Assembly (NCBI GenBank): GCA_052034405.1
Contig: JBPOIO010000004.1
Location: forward strand, 751 to 64,750
DNA: 64,000 nt
Direction of reading: 5' to 3'
Source of the DNA: Candidatus Magasanikiibacteriota bacterium
GTDB lineage: Bacteria; Patescibacteriota; Patescibacteriia; Magasanikbacterales; UBA922
The notes beneath the pieces are model-generated. The model worked only from the letters and a program-made list of their open reading frames with translations, was not told the DNA's origin and did not search any database. The position numbers and the translations under genes are program-made. Below are positions 48,928-59,163 of this stretch, one piece after another. Position 1 is the first letter of the stretch, and each line of letters begins with the position of its first letter.

Positions 48928-50391
48928 TTACAAAGCGTTTTGTATTTCTTTTTCGAGACTGTCAAAATCAAGGGCCCCAGAAATTGGAGTGACTTCACCT
49001 TTTGTGTTAAAAAGCAATGTATAGGGAGTTCCCTGTGCCCCAGCATTCATGGCATCGGCAATATCTTCATCTACTTTTTGTGAATATTTTTCAGTTTTGT
49101 AACAAGTATTGAAGGTTGGAACATCCACTCCTGCTTGTACAGCATAACTTGGTAATTTACTCAGATCAAGACTATCATTGGAATTGGTATTGGCAAACAA
49201 AATATCTGCAAACTGCCAAAATTTTCCTTGTTCCCCTGCACATTCACTCGCAAGTGCTTCGGCCCGAGCCTGTGAATGAAGTGACTCGAGTGGATATTGA
49301 CGAAATACCCAGCGTATACGATCTCCATATTGGGCCATAGCTTGTTTCATTGTTGCATGAAACTGTTTGCAATATGGGCATTCAAAATCTGCATATTCAA
49401 TCAAAGTCACTTTTGCTTTCATATTACCCGTAATATGATCAAAATTATCATCAACTTTCAAATATTTGATATCATTTTGAGGTTCATCAATTGGCAATGG
49501 ATTTGAAATATCTTCGATTCCATGAGTAAACAAATCAAGCGGATTCATGTTATCAAAATTCAAATCTGGATTTGTCCATGGATCTTGATCAAGACTATTA
49601 TCAAGTGGCAAATTATTCATGAGATCCTCTGAAAAAGAGTCTCCAAATCCACTAAACATTTGTGCAAAGGCATCTGTAAAATACTGACTAAAAAATTCAC
49701 CGATATTGTCAATTGGCGCTCCAATTTGGAATTGATAAATAGGTGAAAGTACAGGCACACGATCACGACGATATCCAATATAATCAAGCAAAGTCTCATT
49801 TTTTACATGGTGACGCATCATACGACCTGTTTTTGCATCAGGCAAAGTCACATATATTTTTGACAAATTATCACTATATCGAAACAAATAAGCTCCTTGT
49901 AAAAATACTTCATCCGTACTTTTGATTTCACTTCCTTCTACAAATTTATCCAAAGTAGCCTGAGGAACTGTCTCTACCCATGAAGCATCAAAACCCATTG
50001 TTGCAAGAAGTTCCGCACTCGCAATTTTATTTTTGAAAACAGACAAAACCAAATAAACACTGTCACTACTTGGTGATTTTATAAGTGACCCTGTACGTGG
50101 AAAATATTTTGGTCCCATGGTCGCAGGCAAAAGGTCAGTTTTTACAGCAGACAATTTTGCTCCACTTGTTACTTGAACCGCATTCCAAGAATCAAAATAA
50201 GAAAAATACTCATCTTGATTGAGCAGTTGCTTGCTGCAATGATCCGTAATATAGTAAACCGCAGGACTTTGGGCTGTTTTATAAGCTCCACCACTACTCA
50301 GTGGACAGCTCGCAGCAGAAACAGAAGCTGGAACAAAACCCAAAATTCCAGCACAAAGCACAAAAGCTGAAACAATATACTTCATAATCAA
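48928..50391 (-). CDS. secreted protein with C-terminal DsbA-like thioredoxin domain (CPYC) and about 330-aa N-terminal domain of unknown function
   Basis: Signal peptide. C-terminal ADFECPYCKQFH ... FRQYPL ... GKFWQF has a DsbA-like pattern. Confidence 0.65.
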   Translation of the reverse strand: MIMKYIVSAFVLCAGILGFVPASVSAASCPLSSGGAYKTAQSPAVYYITDHCSKQLLNQDEYFSYFDSWNAVQVTSGAKLSAVKTDLLPATMGPKYFPRTGSLIKSPSSDSVYLVLSVFKNKIASAELLATMGFDASWVETVPQATLDKFVEGSEIKSTDEVFLQGAYLFRYSDNLSKIYVTLPDAKTGRMMRHHVKNETLLDYIGYRRDRVPVLSPIYQFQIGAPIDNIGEFFSQYFTDAFAQMFSGFGDSFSEDLMNNLPLDNSLDQDPWTNPDLNFDNMNPLDLFTHGIEDISNPLPIDEPQNDIKYLKVDDNFDHITGNMKAKVTLIEYADFECPYCKQFHATMKQAMAQYGDRIRWVFRQYPLESLHSQARAEALASECAGEQGKFWQFADILFANTNSNDSLDLSKLPSYAVQAGVDVPTFNTCYKTEKYSQKVDEDIADAMNAGAQGTPYTLLFNTKGEVTPISGALDFDSLEKEIQNAL

Positions 50392-50462
50392 GTATAAAAA
50401 TTAAAAGTAATTTTTTTATCTTCTCAAGAATAACAGTTTTGAAAATATTTTGCAAAGAAACC

Positions 50463-51716
50463 CTAAAATTTAGAAATATCACGAGCAGAAAAAAGATTCA
50501 AGGTCCAATTTGCCGCCACTTTAAACTTTTTTTGCCAAGAAATAAGTTTACTCAGATATATCGTACGCCAAATCCACCAGGCAAGATGACCACTGAATGA
50601 AAAATTGGAAATTTCCCCCATAGCCATCCAGTGACCAAGGGAAACCAACGAACCCTTGTGATGATACTCAAAGGCTTGAAGTGTTGTACCCGAAATTGAC
50701 GCCGCAATATTCTTGGCAGCAGCCTCAGCTTCTTTCACCGCCACTTGAGCCAGAGCTGGCAAAGGTTTTTGTGTTTTTGGATCAATATAACCAGACATAT
50801 CACCAAGCACAAACACTTCAGGATAGTCTTTCATATTGAGTGTGCTTTCTACAGGAATCGTTCCATTTTTATTTTTTATAATTTCTTCATCAAATTTTAG
50901 AGAGACAGGAGCAATTCCCGCAGTCCAAATAGGATTTGAACTTTCAATAAGTTCAGCATTTTTACACATTACTCCCCGTTCATCAATACTTACTACTTCT
51001 GTATTCAACAATATTTTTACAGCTTTTTTTGTGAGTACTTCAAAGCTTTTTTTACGCAATTTTTCGGAAAACATGGACAAAAGTTCTCTGTCTCGATGAA
51101 TCAAAACAATTTCTGCATCACGCAAAATATTTGCATTACAAAAATATTTATCAAGTGTCCCTTGAAAAAATTCTATCATTTCTGCGGCAAGCTCTACCCC
51201 AGTTGGACCGCCTCCAATAATTACCATACGAAGCAATTTTCGTCGTTCGCGTTCATCTGTAACATGTAAGGCCTGTTCACAAACATCAATACAGCGATTT
51301 TTAATACGCTTGGCATCATCCAAATTTTTAAGCGTCAAACAATTTTCCTCAGCACCAGGAATAGCAAAAAAATTGGAAGTACTTCCAAGTCCAAGTACCA
51401 AATAATCGTAGCGAATCTCCCCATCAGCTGTTTTGATAGATTTTTCTTTGAGTGAAATTGATTGCACTTCACTGATGTGAAATTTTGCAAGACAACAACC
51501 CAAAACTTTTCGGATTGGTTCAACTATATTTTGGGGATCAATACTACCCGTCGCTACTTCGTGTAACAGTGGTGTAAACAAAAAATAATTTGTTCGACTT
51601 ACCATCACGAGTTCAACATTTTTATCATGATGATATATTTTATGAAGTTGTTTATAGGCATAAACACCAGCAAAACCCGCACCGAGAATAACGATGCGTT
51701 TTTTTTCTTTTTGCAT
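50463..51716 (-). CDS. ndh: type II NADH dehydrogenase (NDH-2)-like FAD/NAD(P)-binding oxidoreductase
   Basis: GAGFAGV and a second GGGPTGVE dinucleotide-binding motif. Confidence 0.8.
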   Translation of the reverse strand: MQKEKKRIVILGAGFAGVYAYKQLHKIYHHDKNVELVMVSRTNYFLFTPLLHEVATGSIDPQNIVEPIRKVLGCCLAKFHISEVQSISLKEKSIKTADGEIRYDYLVLGLGSTSNFFAIPGAEENCLTLKNLDDAKRIKNRCIDVCEQALHVTDERERRKLLRMVIIGGGPTGVELAAEMIEFFQGTLDKYFCNANILRDAEIVLIHRDRELLSMFSEKLRKKSFEVLTKKAVKILLNTEVVSIDERGVMCKNAELIESSNPIWTAGIAPVSLKFDEEIIKNKNGTIPVESTLNMKDYPEVFVLGDMSGYIDPKTQKPLPALAQVAVKEAEAAAKNIAASISGTTLQAFEYHHKGSLVSLGHWMAMGEISNFSFSGHLAWWIWRTIYLSKLISWQKKFKVAANWTLNLFSARDISKF

Positions 51717-51727
51717 AATTCAAGATA

Positions 51728-52711
51728 TTAACGAATTCCAACTTTTCGACGAACTTCTTCCATTGTTTTTTGTGCGATACTACGAGCTTTTTCTGCACCA
51801 CGATTCAAAACATCGGCGATTTCATCGTGATTGGAGAGAAGCTGATTTCGACGAATACGAAACTCTTCAAAATAGGCTGAAATAGCATTTGCCAAATCAG
51901 TTTTGAGGTCCCCATAGCGAATCGAGCCATCTTTTTCCGCCTCACTATATTGTTTATACAACTGAGGAGTAGCAAAATATTTCAAAAGCTCAATAAGATT
52001 ATTGGCCCCTGGAGATCCAGCACCACCTTCGGTTGCTGTCACAACTTTTTTGAGTTTTTTCAAAAGAAGCTCTGGTTCATCACACAGTTGAATCACTGTA
52101 TCAAGTCCATGACTTTTACTCATCTTTTTTTCAGGCTCAAGCAAACTCATAATCTTTGGAGTTTCAGTAAGAAATGGTTTTGTTTCTGGAAAATAATTTC
52201 CATAACGATTGTTAAACCAACGCGCACAATCACGAGTGAGTTCCACATGCTGTACTTGATCCTGACCAACAGGAACAAGTGTTGCGTGATAGAGCAAAAT
52301 ATCTGCAGCCTGTAAAATTGGATAGGTCAAAAGTCCAGTATTAATATTTTTTGCTTGACGCGCAGATTTATCTTTGAACTGTGTCATGCGTTCAACCTCT
52401 GCAACAGGAGTAAGTGTATTAAAAATCCATCCAAGCTCTGTGTGTTCTGGCACATGAGATTGAACAAAAAGTGTTGTCTTGTGAGGATCAATACCCGCAG
52501 CCAAAAGTTCTGCCGCAACGAGAGTAATTTGCTCACGGCGAGTTTTGGCATCCATATCCCCTGTCAATGAATGCAAATCTGCAATAAAAATATACATGTC
52601 ATACTTGCCACTTTCCTGCATTTCTACCCAATTTTTTACAGCACCAAGATAATTTCCGATATGAAGGTTTCCGGTCGGCTGAATACCTGAGACAACAATA
52701 GGTTTTGACAT
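51728..52711 (-). CDS. trpS: tryptophan--tRNA ligase
   Basis: The sequence VSGIQPTGNLHIGNYLG contains the HIGH motif, and a KMSKS motif is also present. Confidence 0.9.
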   Translation of the reverse strand: MSKPIVVSGIQPTGNLHIGNYLGAVKNWVEMQESGKYDMYIFIADLHSLTGDMDAKTRREQITLVAAELLAAGIDPHKTTLFVQSHVPEHTELGWIFNTLTPVAEVERMTQFKDKSARQAKNINTGLLTYPILQAADILLYHATLVPVGQDQVQHVELTRDCARWFNNRYGNYFPETKPFLTETPKIMSLLEPEKKMSKSHGLDTVIQLCDEPELLLKKLKKVVTATEGGAGSPGANNLIELLKYFATPQLYKQYSEAEKDGSIRYGDLKTDLANAISAYFEEFRIRRNQLLSNHDEIADVLNRGAEKARSIAQKTMEEVRRKVGIR

Positions 52712-52777
52712 AATTCTACGGGGCTAAATATATAGCTTATAGTGTATGGCATTTAGCAGAAAAAGACAAGTTTGATA

Positions 52778-52806
52778 TTGACAAAAAGCATTATTTTAAG
52801 TATAGT
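52778..52806 (+). promoter_or_regulatory. consensus-like sigma70 promoter TTGACA-17nt-TATAGT upstream of the small lipoprotein ORF
   Basis: Perfect -35 with a 17-nt spacer. An AAGAGGA RBS lies 9 nt before the ATG at 52890. Confidence 0.35.
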
Positions 52807-52889
52807 TCCGAAACTTTCAAAATTTGGAAATTGAAGTGGTTGCTGTCTGACGGGTATATAAGAACACTCCTTCAAGAGGAAATACAATC

Positions 52890-53204
52890 ATGAAAATGAC
52901 GACGGCTCTACTGATCGCTACGATAATGCTGGGCTGCGCCACGAAGCCCCTGTTCACAAAACCCCACAAAACGATGCCCCCAGCGGCACGCGAACAGGAA
53001 AGCCCCTTGGAGCAAGTCGGGGCCAAGGACTTTGGCCTCCAGCACGACGGAAGTTTTGTGGCCTGTGGCCCGAGTGAGGCCATCGCAAGCGCAGAGGCCA
53101 AAAACTACTTCCAGGGACGAAAAACCCGAAACGGAGTTCAAGTCTCCGACCGCCCCGAAGAAAACTCGGATAGGCTGACCTGCGCAAGGGTCTGGCCGGA
53201 GTGA
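52890..53204 (+). CDS. small GC-richer lipoprotein-like ORF of unknown function
   Basis: Signal peptide with lipobox-like IMLGC. It is 104 aa. It sits in the trpS-pnp intergenic region and has distinctly higher GC than the flanks. Confidence 0.45.
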   Translation: MKMTTALLIATIMLGCATKPLFTKPHKTMPPAAREQESPLEQVGAKDFGLQHDGSFVACGPSEAIASAEAKNYFQGRKTRNGVQVSDRPEENSDRLTCARVWPE

Positions 53205-53253
53205 GTTTTCGCTTCACCCTCGACGCCACCACCCACTCCAATTTCCAAATACA

Positions 53254-53283
53254 AAAAGACCAGCTTTCGCTGGTCTTTTTTAT
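53254..53283. terminator. hairpin terminator aaagaccagc-tttc-gctggtcttttttatt, probably bidirectional (small ORF and pnp)
   Basis: Perfect 9-bp stem flanked by A-run and T-run. The pnp stop is at 53293 on the minus strand. Confidence 0.5.
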
Positions 53284-53292
53284 TCTTCTTTT

Positions 53293-55506
53293 TTAGTTCT
53301 CACGACGAGGTGGAAATGGTTTACGAAATCCTCCACCGTTTCCTGTTCGAGGAGGTCCCATTGGGCGACGTTCTTGTTCCACATAGCCTTCTGGTTTTGG
53401 CAAAAGTGCTTTCATAGAGAGGTTCACACGTCCCATAGAGTCAATTTCTTTCACTTTTACTTTTACCACATCACCAAGTTTCAAAACATCACTTGGTTTA
53501 TTGACACGTTCATAGCTAATTTCAGAAACATGTACGAGTCCATCTTTATTTGGTGTAAGAGATACAAATGCACCAAAATCCTCAATACGAACTACTTTTC
53601 CTTCATAGATCTCCCCTGCTGTAATATCTTTTGTAATTTCGTTTACGCGATCAATCGCCATTTGCATTTTTGTCGCATCAACTGATGTGATAAGCACACG
53701 TCCATCTTGTTCAATATCAATATCAACTCCAGTTTCTTCCACAATTTTCTTAATAGTTTTTCCACCAGGTCCAATAAGATCACCAATTTTTTCTGGATTG
53801 ATTTGAATTGTTACTATGCGAGGTGCATATTTTGAAAGTTCAGCTCGAGGCTCTGCAATAACAGTTGCCATTTTTGCCAAAATTTCTTTGCGAGCTTCAA
53901 GGGCCTGCTTCAAAGTTTGCTCTACAATATTCCAAGTCAAACCTTGAGTTTTTGTATCCATTTGAATGGCAGTAATACCATCAAGCGTACCAGCAATTTT
54001 GAAGTCCATTCCACCATGTCCATCTTCTACATCTTGAAGATCTGTCAATACTTTGTAATTACCTTTGTCATCACTTGCAAGTCCCATAGCAATACCTGCA
54101 ACAGGTTTACGAAGTGGAACTCCAGCTGCCATGAGTGACAAACTTGATCCACAAGTAGAAGCCATTGAACTTGATCCGTTTGAACCAAGAACTTCTGACA
54201 CTACGCGAATTGCATATGGAAAATCTGCCTCAAGAGGAAGTACTGGTTCGATGGCACGTTCTGCAAGTGCACCATGACCAATCGCACGGCGTCCTGGTCC
54301 ACGAAGTGGTCCAGCTTCTCCATAACTATATGGAGCATCATTGTAGTGGTGCATGTAACGTTTTTTACCATCTTCTTCCATACTATCAAGTGTCTGTACG
54401 TCTCCTGGAGCACCAAGAGTAACAATAGACAAAACCTGTGTATCTCCGCGCATAAACATACCAGAACCGTGTACGCGTGGAAGAAGGTCAACTTCAACTT
54501 GAAGTTCACGAATTTCAGTAATACTTCGTCCATCAAGACGTTGATTTTTACTCAGGATTCTTTCTGAAATAACGTCCCCAATACTATATTTGAGCTGAGA
54601 CAAAGCACCTGCAAGAACTTTTTCATCAATTTCTTTATCAGCAAAAAATTCCTTTGCTTTTGTTTTCATAGCATCAATCATTGCTACGCGATCAGATTTT
54701 GTAATTTTATTTGAATTGAAAATCATTGACTCAGCGTTGTCCGCAATAAATTGTTTTACCTGTGCAGCAACTTCACTTTCAGGAGTAACTTTCACTTCTG
54801 GAGTAATTTTTGCAAGTCCTGCTTCTACTTGAATTTTTTTGATAAAATCAACGACAGGTTGCATTTGCTCACTTCCCCATTTCATAGCTTCAAACATTTT
54901 TCCTTCAGGAACTTCACTTGCTCCTGCTTCTACCATGATGAGTTTTTCTGCAGTTCCAGCAACCACAAGATCAAGTGTTTTATTGGCTTCAAGTTCACTC
55001 GCAGTAACATTGAGGATATATCCACCTTCTGCATTCATACCAACACGCGCTGCAGCAATAGGACCATTCCAAGGAATAGATGAAAGTGAAAGTGCGGCAG
55101 AAGCAGCCACAAGTCCAGTAATAGCAGCATCGTTTTCTCCGTCAACAGCAAGAGCTGTAATAATCACTTGCACATCTTCACGAATACTTTCGTCAAAAAG
55201 TGGACGAATAGAACGATCAATAAGACGTCCTGCCAAAATTGCTTCGTCACTTGGACGTCCTTCACGTTTCATAAAACGTGAGCCTTTGATTTTTCCAGCC
55301 GCGTAAAGTTTTTCTTCAAAATCTACAGAAAGAGGAAAGTAGTCGAGCCCAGGTCGAATATTACTACTTTTTACTACTGTCGCCATAATAACTGTTTCAC
55401 CATATTGAACAGTACATGAGGCATTTGTTTGAAGAGCCAAACGTCCTGTTTCTACAGTAAGCGTTCGTCCTCCCCAGGACATTTCCCATTTTTTTGTTTG
55501 CAACAT
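53293..55506 (-). CDS. pnp: polyribonucleotide nucleotidyltransferase (PNPase)
   Basis: Two RNase PH domains, then KH ([10 protein letters not shown]) and S1 domains, and a Gly/Arg-rich tail. Confidence 0.92.
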   Translation of the reverse strand: MLQTKKWEMSWGGRTLTVETGRLALQTNASCTVQYGETVIMATVVKSSNIRPGLDYFPLSVDFEEKLYAAGKIKGSRFMKREGRPSDEAILAGRLIDRSIRPLFDESIREDVQVIITALAVDGENDAAITGLVAASAALSLSSIPWNGPIAAARVGMNAEGGYILNVTASELEANKTLDLVVAGTAEKLIMVEAGASEVPEGKMFEAMKWGSEQMQPVVDFIKKIQVEAGLAKITPEVKVTPESEVAAQVKQFIADNAESMIFNSNKITKSDRVAMIDAMKTKAKEFFADKEIDEKVLAGALSQLKYSIGDVISERILSKNQRLDGRSITEIRELQVEVDLLPRVHGSGMFMRGDTQVLSIVTLGAPGDVQTLDSMEEDGKKRYMHHYNDAPYSYGEAGPLRGPGRRAIGHGALAERAIEPVLPLEADFPYAIRVVSEVLGSNGSSSMASTCGSSLSLMAAGVPLRKPVAGIAMGLASDDKGNYKVLTDLQDVEDGHGGMDFKIAGTLDGITAIQMDTKTQGLTWNIVEQTLKQALEARKEILAKMATVIAEPRAELSKYAPRIVTIQINPEKIGDLIGPGGKTIKKIVEETGVDIDIEQDGRVLITSVDATKMQMAIDRVNEITKDITAGEIYEGKVVRIEDFGAFVSLTPNKDGLVHVSEISYERVNKPSDVLKLGDVVKVKVKEIDSMGRVNLSMKALLPKPEGYVEQERRPMGPPRTGNGGGFRKPFPPRREN

Positions 55507-55525
55507 ATATATGTATGCTTAGTGC

Positions 55526-55582
55526 TGGTCATAAGGCGAAAGATCCTTTTATAAATTTAGGGATCTCGATGTCTTATGACCA
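55526..55582 (-). promoter_or_regulatory. long stem-loop in the pnp 5' leader (candidate RNase III-type autoregulatory hairpin)
   Basis: A perfect 10-bp outer stem (tggtcataag/cttatgacca) with an inner agatcc/ggatct helix, 20–75 nt upstream of the pnp start. Confidence 0.4.
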
Positions 55583-55712
55583 ACTTTGATAAATAAATTA
55601 ACTCGGAGTTATGTATTTGACCTTTTCGCTTTCCTCGCCCTGGGCTCAGGGATGACCTCTGCGGAGTTCATAACCCACTCAAAGGTCAAATACCTAACTC
55701 CTCACAATTTAT

Positions 55713-56282
55713 TTACTTTCTTTTTTGTGTACGAAATCGCGCAGCAAGTCTCTCACCAATCAAAAACATTTCTTTTCCATCACTCAAATTCACAAAGTCA
55801 TCACAAACTTCTACAAGCTTACTCGATGTTGTTTCTGCAAAAGCAACAACCTCAACTTGTTTTCCTGTACTTTTTTGCAAATATTCTACAAGTGGAACAT
55901 AATCACCATCTCCTGAGATTAAGATTATAGCATCAAGTGTTGATGAAAGTCGAATTGCATCCACTGTCAGTCCTACATCCCAATCTGCTTTTTTTGTTCC
56001 ACTACTAAAAATTTGCAAATCTTTTTCACGAGTTTCAATACCTTGATTGTACAGAGCTTCAAAAAACGGTTGTTCATCTTGAGATTCTGTTCGAACTACA
56101 TAGGCAATAGCACGAATCAATTTTCGTCCAGCCACAGCCTCTCGAACAATATTTCCAAAATGAACTTTTTTGCCATGAAGATGTCTCGCGCTATAATAAA
56201 GGTTCTGAACATCAATAAAAACCCCAACGCGCTGGTCGGGGTGTTTTAATGGATTTTTTTTATTCGGCAATGTCTGATTCAT
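55713..56282 (-). CDS. NYN-domain (LabA-like) protein
   Basis: VGVFIDVQNLYY ... ILISGDGDYVPL match NYN/LabA. The start is ambiguous between 56282 and 56306, and both overlap the rpsO 3' end. Confidence 0.65.
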   Translation of the reverse strand: MNQTLPNKKNPLKHPDQRVGVFIDVQNLYYSARHLHGKKVHFGNIVREAVAGRKLIRAIAYVVRTESQDEQPFFEALYNQGIETREKDLQIFSSGTKKADWDVGLTVDAIRLSSTLDAIILISGDGDYVPLVEYLQKSTGKQVEVVAFAETTSSKLVEVCDDFVNLSDGKEMFLIGERLAARFRTQKRK

Positions 56283-56595
56283 TTGGTTCTTCTTCGTCGT
56301 TTTCAATAGTTTGTTTGATAAGTGTTTTTGCTTGTTTAAGTTTCAATTTTTTCACCAAATCTTCGTAGGATACAGCATTTTCTTTTTTCAAATAACGAAG
56401 AAGTCTTCGACGAGCACCAACTTTACGAAGGAGACCGCGGCGACTTGAATGGTCTTTTGGATGAAGCTTCAAGTGCTCTACAAGTTCATCAATTTCTGTT
56501 GAAAGAAGGGCAATTTGAACTTCACTTGATCCAGTATCCCCAGCGTGGGTTTGGAATTTCTTAATAACTTTTCCTTTTTTGTCTTTTTCTAACAT
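56260..56595 (-). CDS. rpsO: 30S ribosomal protein S15 with an approximately 25-aa acidic C-terminal extension
   Basis: GDTGSSEVQIALLS...HLKLHPKDHSSRRGLLRKVGARRRLLRYL matches S15. The frame continues past the usual end. Confidence 0.8.
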   Translation of the reverse strand: MLEKDKKGKVIKKFQTHAGDTGSSEVQIALLSTEIDELVEHLKLHPKDHSSRRGLLRKVGARRRLLRYLKKENAVSYEDLVKKLKLKQAKTLIKQTIENDEEEPNESDIAE

Positions 56596-56790
56596 ACATG
56601 CCAAAAGTTTACCGGGCCTATGGTTCGCATGTACACCGACTGAGCCGGGGGCATCCAAGGTCCGTTTCCCTATTAATAGGGATTAAATGATAGCGGAAGT
56701 ATAGCAGAAACAGGGCCTTTTTGTCAAGGGTACCTGTTGACAATGACGATTTTATGCTATACTATAAACACCTTATATTTTCCCCTCTCT

Positions 56791-57552
56791 ATGCCAGGAA
56801 GTTTGAACCCAAAAAAACCATTTTTTAAGACTTTTTTTGGCATTGTTACGCTTATTCTTCTCTCAATTTTGGCCCTTGCTTTCATTGTTTTTGGCTGTTT
56901 TTTTGCTTACTATCTCTGGGCGCAAAAATATGCCTCTCCAGAAGTCCAAAAAGAACTTTCCGAACGCTATAACCCCTCATTTACCAAAGCTCCTGGTCTT
57001 GGTGGACAAGCAAGCCAAACAAACAAAAACGTCGCTTCCTATATCCGAAAACACAATGCCACTTTTGGCCCCGAAAAAGCCCCTATTACAATAGTTGCAT
57101 TTATTGATTTTGAATGCCCTTATTCTCATAAATCTTACCCTATTTTCGAAGAAGTCCTCAAAAAATATGGCCCAACAGTCCGTGTGATCTTCAAAAATTT
57201 TCCTATTCAATCTATTCACGAACATGCACTTCTTGCCTCACTTGCTGGTGCCTGTGCCCAAGAACAAAACAAATTTTGGCCTTATTACAGAGATATTTTT
57301 GCATTACCCGAAATTAACGAAGATCTTGTAAAAGCAGAAGCTACAAAACTCAAACTGGATAGTACAAAATTTTCAGCTTGTATCGATAAACAAGATTATA
57401 ACAAAAATGTTATGGAAGATTTGCAAGATGGAATTGCACTTGGCGTAGAAGGAACCCCAACGTATTTTGTAAATCAACAAAAAATTGAAGGAGTACTTGA
57501 CAGTGCTGGCTGGGATCAAGTCCTCCTCAAAGAAATTCAAAAGAAAAAATAA
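56791..57552 (+). CDS. membrane-anchored DsbA-like thioredoxin protein (CPYS variant of CxxC)
   Basis: ATG at 56791. TM helix. FIDFECPYSHKSYP ... FKNFPI ... NKFWPY has a DsbA-like pattern. The CxxC is degenerate as CPYS, with only the first Cys retained. Confidence 0.6.
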   Translation: MPGSLNPKKPFFKTFFGIVTLILLSILALAFIVFGCFFAYYLWAQKYASPEVQKELSERYNPSFTKAPGLGGQASQTNKNVASYIRKHNATFGPEKAPITIVAFIDFECPYSHKSYPIFEEVLKKYGPTVRVIFKNFPIQSIHEHALLASLAGACAQEQNKFWPYYRDIFALPEINEDLVKAEATKLKLDSTKFSACIDKQDYNKNVMEDLQDGIALGVEGTPTYFVNQQKIEGVLDSAGWDQVLLKEIQKKK

Positions 57553-57591
57553 AATTTTTCTTCGATCACATTACTCGATAATAAGCTTTGT

Positions 57592-59136
57592 ATGTCAAAA
57601 TCTCTATTCACGCTTCTTTTTTTCACATTTTTTCTTGGAGCAATACCAAGCGTAGTACAAGCTCAAACAGCCCAACCTCTTGATGCACGTTGTTTTACGC
57701 AGACAGAATGTAAGGCAGCTCGTGCAAAAATGAACATGCCAATCGAAGAGCAAGTCAAAGGGTTTTATAACAATACCTCAGAAACACGCGAGGCCTGTAA
57801 AAACAAAAAAGATTCTGCAGGTATAGAACTTGGCTTTTGTCTTCCTGCAGGACAGGCAGTTACAACAGTAAAATTTGGAGGTACAACAAAATTTGCCAAT
57901 ATTGGAATTTTTATACAATATATTTATCGCTACGGTATTATCTTTGCAGGAATTCTTGCAGTGCTCATTATTATCGTAGCAGGACTGCAATGGACATCTT
58001 CTGGTGGCAACAGCAGCACTATTGAATCTGCCAAAAATAGAATCACAGGAGCTGTCACAGGACTTATACTCGTTGCATGTTCGTATATTATCCTCAATAC
58101 CATAAACCCTGCTACGGTCAACCTGCGTCTGCCCCAAATATGGCTACTCCGCCAAGATCGCATCCAAAATCAACATGAATTTTGTGTATCTGTTCCCGCA
58201 GTACCTACAGGAGAACGAGGAAAATTCACCATACCAAAAATTGCACCATATAGCGAAAACTACCAATCTATTCCAGAAGATCAATTCAAAGAAATTTATA
58301 CTCTTCATGCAGGAGATGATAGATACCAAGAAGTATTTCCTCAAAAAACAGAAAATAACCCAGGAGCAACTTGTGGACAAAAAATGGTTATACAAGATAC
58401 ACAAGGAACTTCTTGTACCACTACCTACTGTCCAGATGGACAACTCTGTTTTGCAAAAGAAGGAAAATGTAAACCTGGTCCAGAAAGAGGTGGTATTGCG
58501 GGAACTATTACCGCTCGTGATGGAAAATATTTAGATGATATTTGGCTCAAAGTTGTCTGTAATGATGAAAATGGAAATAGCACGATACGAGATATTGATA
58601 GCGCCAATCTCGGAGATGGGGTTGACTCCTACCAATTTTCTGATGTTACCGCACAAGGAGCAAGTGAATGTGGAGAAGCAAAAAATATAGCAGGATACTT
58701 TTTTACCATAGAAGTAAACGACTCTGATCTTCTCAACACTACCGATGATCAATGGATTGGAGGAAGATCTTTCTGCCAAATCAATGGACCAAGTTGTGGA
58801 TTTTATGGCTACAATGGATCACTCAATGATTCTGATGCCGAGCCTTTTATTGGAGCCATGATACAAACACAAGAACTTTTTCTCCCCGCAGAAATTGATC
58901 GTGGATTCAAATGTGATTTTACCAATACAGTAGAGGCAATGCCAAATATGGGAAATGCCTATAGTGCCTACGTATTTTATGCCGGAGTCAACTATCTGCT
59001 CGATACAAATTCAAGACCAGATAATGAAAGTGCTGAATTTGGAACCCTCAATGGAAAGTGTAGAGAACTGAGTGAAAAACAAGACCAGTGGGATGCCTAT
59101 ATCAAAAAAGTAAAAGATGCAAAAAATAAAAAATAA
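57592..59136 (+). CDS. secreted pilin-like hairpin protein (paralog of 5041–6324) with large Cys-rich C-terminal domain
   Basis: Signal peptide. The [54 protein letters not shown] hairpin is shared with 5041–6324. The remaining 330 aa contain more than 15 Cys. Confidence 0.5.
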   Translation: MSKSLFTLLFFTFFLGAIPSVVQAQTAQPLDARCFTQTECKAARAKMNMPIEEQVKGFYNNTSETREACKNKKDSAGIELGFCLPAGQAVTTVKFGGTTKFANIGIFIQYIYRYGIIFAGILAVLIIIVAGLQWTSSGGNSSTIESAKNRITGAVTGLILVACSYIILNTINPATVNLRLPQIWLLRQDRIQNQHEFCVSVPAVPTGERGKFTIPKIAPYSENYQSIPEDQFKEIYTLHAGDDRYQEVFPQKTENNPGATCGQKMVIQDTQGTSCTTTYCPDGQLCFAKEGKCKPGPERGGIAGTITARDGKYLDDIWLKVVCNDENGNSTIRDIDSANLGDGVDSYQFSDVTAQGASECGEAKNIAGYFFTIEVNDSDLLNTTDDQWIGGRSFCQINGPSCGFYGYNGSLNDSDAEPFIGAMIQTQELFLPAEIDRGFKCDFTNTVEAMPNMGNAYSAYVFYAGVNYLLDTNSRPDNESAEFGTLNGKCRELSEKQDQWDAYIKKVKDAKNKK

Positions 59137-59163
59137 TAACTCATTATACAGCCTGATCCACCT

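Noticed and set aside
52712-52860. Possible T-box or leader riboswitch upstream of trpS or gltX
   Set aside because: The upstream regions are only about 120–150 nt and show no specifier or T-box-like conserved stem pattern. That is too short for a T-box leader.
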